Virus record (IMG/VR): IMGVR_UViG_3300035703_000012
Location: 1 to 64,000 of that record
DNA: 64,000 nucleotides
Origin: a virus
Direction: 5' to 3' (one strand)
Positions 62,525 through 64,000 of this stretch are shown in pieces. Numbering within the stretch: position 1 is the stretch's first letter; every line of letters starts with the position of its first letter. Both the position numbers and the translations under genes were made by a program. The notes beneath the pieces were generated by a model, which did no database searches, had not been told where the DNA came from, and saw only the letters and a list, made by a program, of their open reading frames with translations.

Positions 62525-63356
62525 TCCGCTCCAAGTAGTCCAGGTACACTTCTTTGAGCCGCTTGCGGCTCTCCTTGCTCGCGGGGTTCAACCCCAGGTT
62601 CTTCGCCACGAACTCCAGGTCGAACCCGGCCTGGATCATGCGGCAGGCATAGGTCATGCGCAGCCGGCTGGGCGTGACGTCCGGCAAGCCCGCCCGCACG
62701 ACGGTCTCGCGCAGGCAGCGGTTGAGGTAGAGCCGGCCCGTCTCGCCCTTGGGCAGCTTGCGCTTGCGCCGCAGCTCGACGAGCAAAGCCGCAGCTTGCT
62801 TGCCGATGTAGACCACCCGCTTCTCGCCCGTGGCCGTGCGCACCAGCAGGCGCTGGGCGCGCAGGTCGTCGAGCGTGAAGGCGAGATCCACCAGCTCGGA
62901 GAGCCGCATGCCCGTGAGCAGCAGCACGCGGTAGGGCCCCACGGCCGCCTTGGCGTGCTGCTCGAGGGCCGCGAAGAGCGCCGTGACCTCGGCGTCGAGC
63001 ACGGCCCGTGTGAGGTCCTTGCGCACGCGCAGCGGCGGGCGCACGCTGTCGAGCAGGGTCTCGTGGCCGTTGGCCCGGTAGAAGTAGCGGCAGGCGATGA
63101 GGTGGTTGCGGATGGTCGTGCCGCTCTTGTTCTCGAGCAGCAGGTCGTGCAGGTAGTTGCTCACGCGGTGGGCGAAGTTCTCAGGCGGCGGCAGCGGGCG
63201 CTCGTCGACGAAGAGCCGGCTCGCCACCCGCCGCCAGATCTGCAGGTACTCCACGCACGAGTTCGCGCTGACGCCGCGGCGCTGCAAGAAGGCCCAGAAA
63301 GCCTTCTCCCCGTCAGAAGCCGGGGAATTGCTGGCTCGGCCCCGTGAGGTTCTCAT
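62508..63356 (-). CDS. tyrosine-recombinase-fold protein with non-canonical active-site residues
   Basis: TGMRLSEL (Arg I), TGEKRVVYIG (Lys), SRLRMTYA in place of HxLRHT, LGL in place of LGH, and EVYLDY (Tyr). It overlaps the portal start. Confidence 0.65.
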   Translation of the reverse strand: MRTSRGRASNSPASDGEKAFWAFLQRRGVSANSCVEYLQIWRRVASRLFVDERPLPPPENFAHRVSNYLHDLLLENKSGTTIRNHLIACRYFYRANGHETLLDSVRPPLRVRKDLTRAVLDAEVTALFAALEQHAKAAVGPYRVLLLTGMRLSELVDLAFTLDDLRAQRLLVRTATGEKRVVYIGKQAAALLVELRRKRKLPKGETGRLYLNRCLRETVVRAGLPDVTPSRLRMTYACRMIQAGFDLEFVAKNLGLNPASKESRKRLKEVYLDYLERSAADG

Positions 63357-63531
63357 ACCTCTTCGCGTGTGCTTCAAATCCTGCAAGGGCTTGCTGTTCC
63401 TGCTTGGCCTTCTGGACCGCGGCGCCGAGCGCCCGGTAGAGGGCCTGCGCCTCTTCCGGCGTCATGGCCAGGTACTCCGAGTAGCTGACGTGGCCCAGCA
63501 AGTTGAGCTGGGCCCAGAGCTCCAGGTTCAT
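63313..63531 (-). CDS. possible 72-aa protein
   Basis: ATG at 63531 with a weak RBS. It overlaps the recombinase start by 44 nt. Confidence 0.35.
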   Translation of the reverse strand: MNLELWAQLNLLGHVSYSEYLAMTPEEAQALYRALGAAVQKAKQEQQALAGFEAHAKRYENLTGPSQQFPGF

Positions 63532-63548
63532 GGCCAGCTGCCAGGCGA

Positions 63549-63944
63549 TTACGCCTTTCCCGCTTTCCGCTTCTTGATCTCGTCGACGATCGCCTCGACC
63601 ATCGCCTTGGTGGGCATGTTGAGCAGCTCGAAGGCGCTGGTGTAGGCCTGCACGTCCATCAGGCACAGGTCATCGAAACGCTTCCAGGGCGTCTGCATGT
63701 CGTCTTCGGCGAACTCGAGGACCTGCTCGTCCGGGAACTCCTCGGCGTAGCCGGCCGGCACCACCATCCGCTTGATGCAGGCCGCGGCGATGGTCTCCAG
63801 CATGAAGCGGATCTGCTCCTCGGGCTGCTCGACGAGCAGGCGACGGATGCGGTTGGTCGGCTTACGCGCCTCGATCACGACCCCACCGGGAAGCTTGAAG
63901 CTGGTGGTGTGGGCGTCGGGCTTGCTGACTTCGGCTTTGGACAT
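63549..63944 (-). CDS. hypothetical protein
   Basis: ATG at 63944 follows GAAGGAG. 131 aa. Confidence 0.55.
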   Translation of the reverse strand: MSKAEVSKPDAHTTSFKLPGGVVIEARKPTNRIRRLLVEQPEEQIRFMLETIAAACIKRMVVPAGYAEEFPDEQVLEFAEDDMQTPWKRFDDLCLMDVQAYTSAFELLNMPTKAMVEAIVDEIKKRKAGKA

Positions 63945-64000
63945 GGCGCGCGAAGGCTCCTTCTGGGTTCTCACGGGGGATCTCCACCCAGGAACGCCCA

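Noticed and set aside
62508-63356. Reading the tyrosine-recombinase gene as a standard integrase marking a prophage end.
   Set aside because: Phage genes continue on both sides to the window edges. There is no tRNA, no att-like repeat and no host-like gene in the window. The catalytic histidines are substituted.

Overview
The whole 64-kb window is about 65% GC and lies inside one contractile-tailed dsDNA phage or prophage genome; neither end of the phage is reached. Positions 1-11.2 kb carry about 35 small, tightly coupled early or accessory genes on the + strand. These include Ea22-like proteins, a HicB-like domain, a PRTase, an MmcB-like PD-(D/E)XK nuclease, an Amidase_2, a DEDDh exonuclease and a secreted protein. 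A 16-bp palindrome, GATAA-N6-TTATC, punctuates this arm. Positions 11.2-64 kb form one long late block on the - strand. In transcription order it encodes a degenerate tyrosine recombinase, portal, Mu-I-like protease/scaffold, major capsid, sheath, two tube paralogues, hub/tape-measure-like proteins and gp25-like and J-like baseplate proteins. A roughly 20-kb array of fibre or receptor-binding genes follows, then a lysis cassette, with the large terminase at the far 3' end. The strongest candidates for something undescribed are: (1) the only + strand genes in the late block, an overlapping AAA+ (ExeA/TniB/MuB-like) ATPase and ParB/Srx-like pair at 34.8-36.5 kb; (2) three 2OG-Fe(II) oxygenases at 21.6-23.9 kb among glycine-rich fibre proteins, one fused to a truncated BTLCP-like domain; (3) a lysis cassette whose holin is coupled to a LapG/BTLCP-like Cys peptidase and followed by a protein with an N-terminal TM segment and a C-terminal ...YRF. 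All family names come from motif recognition by eye. No database search was run. Starts are chosen from RBS and overlap logic and may be off by a few codons.
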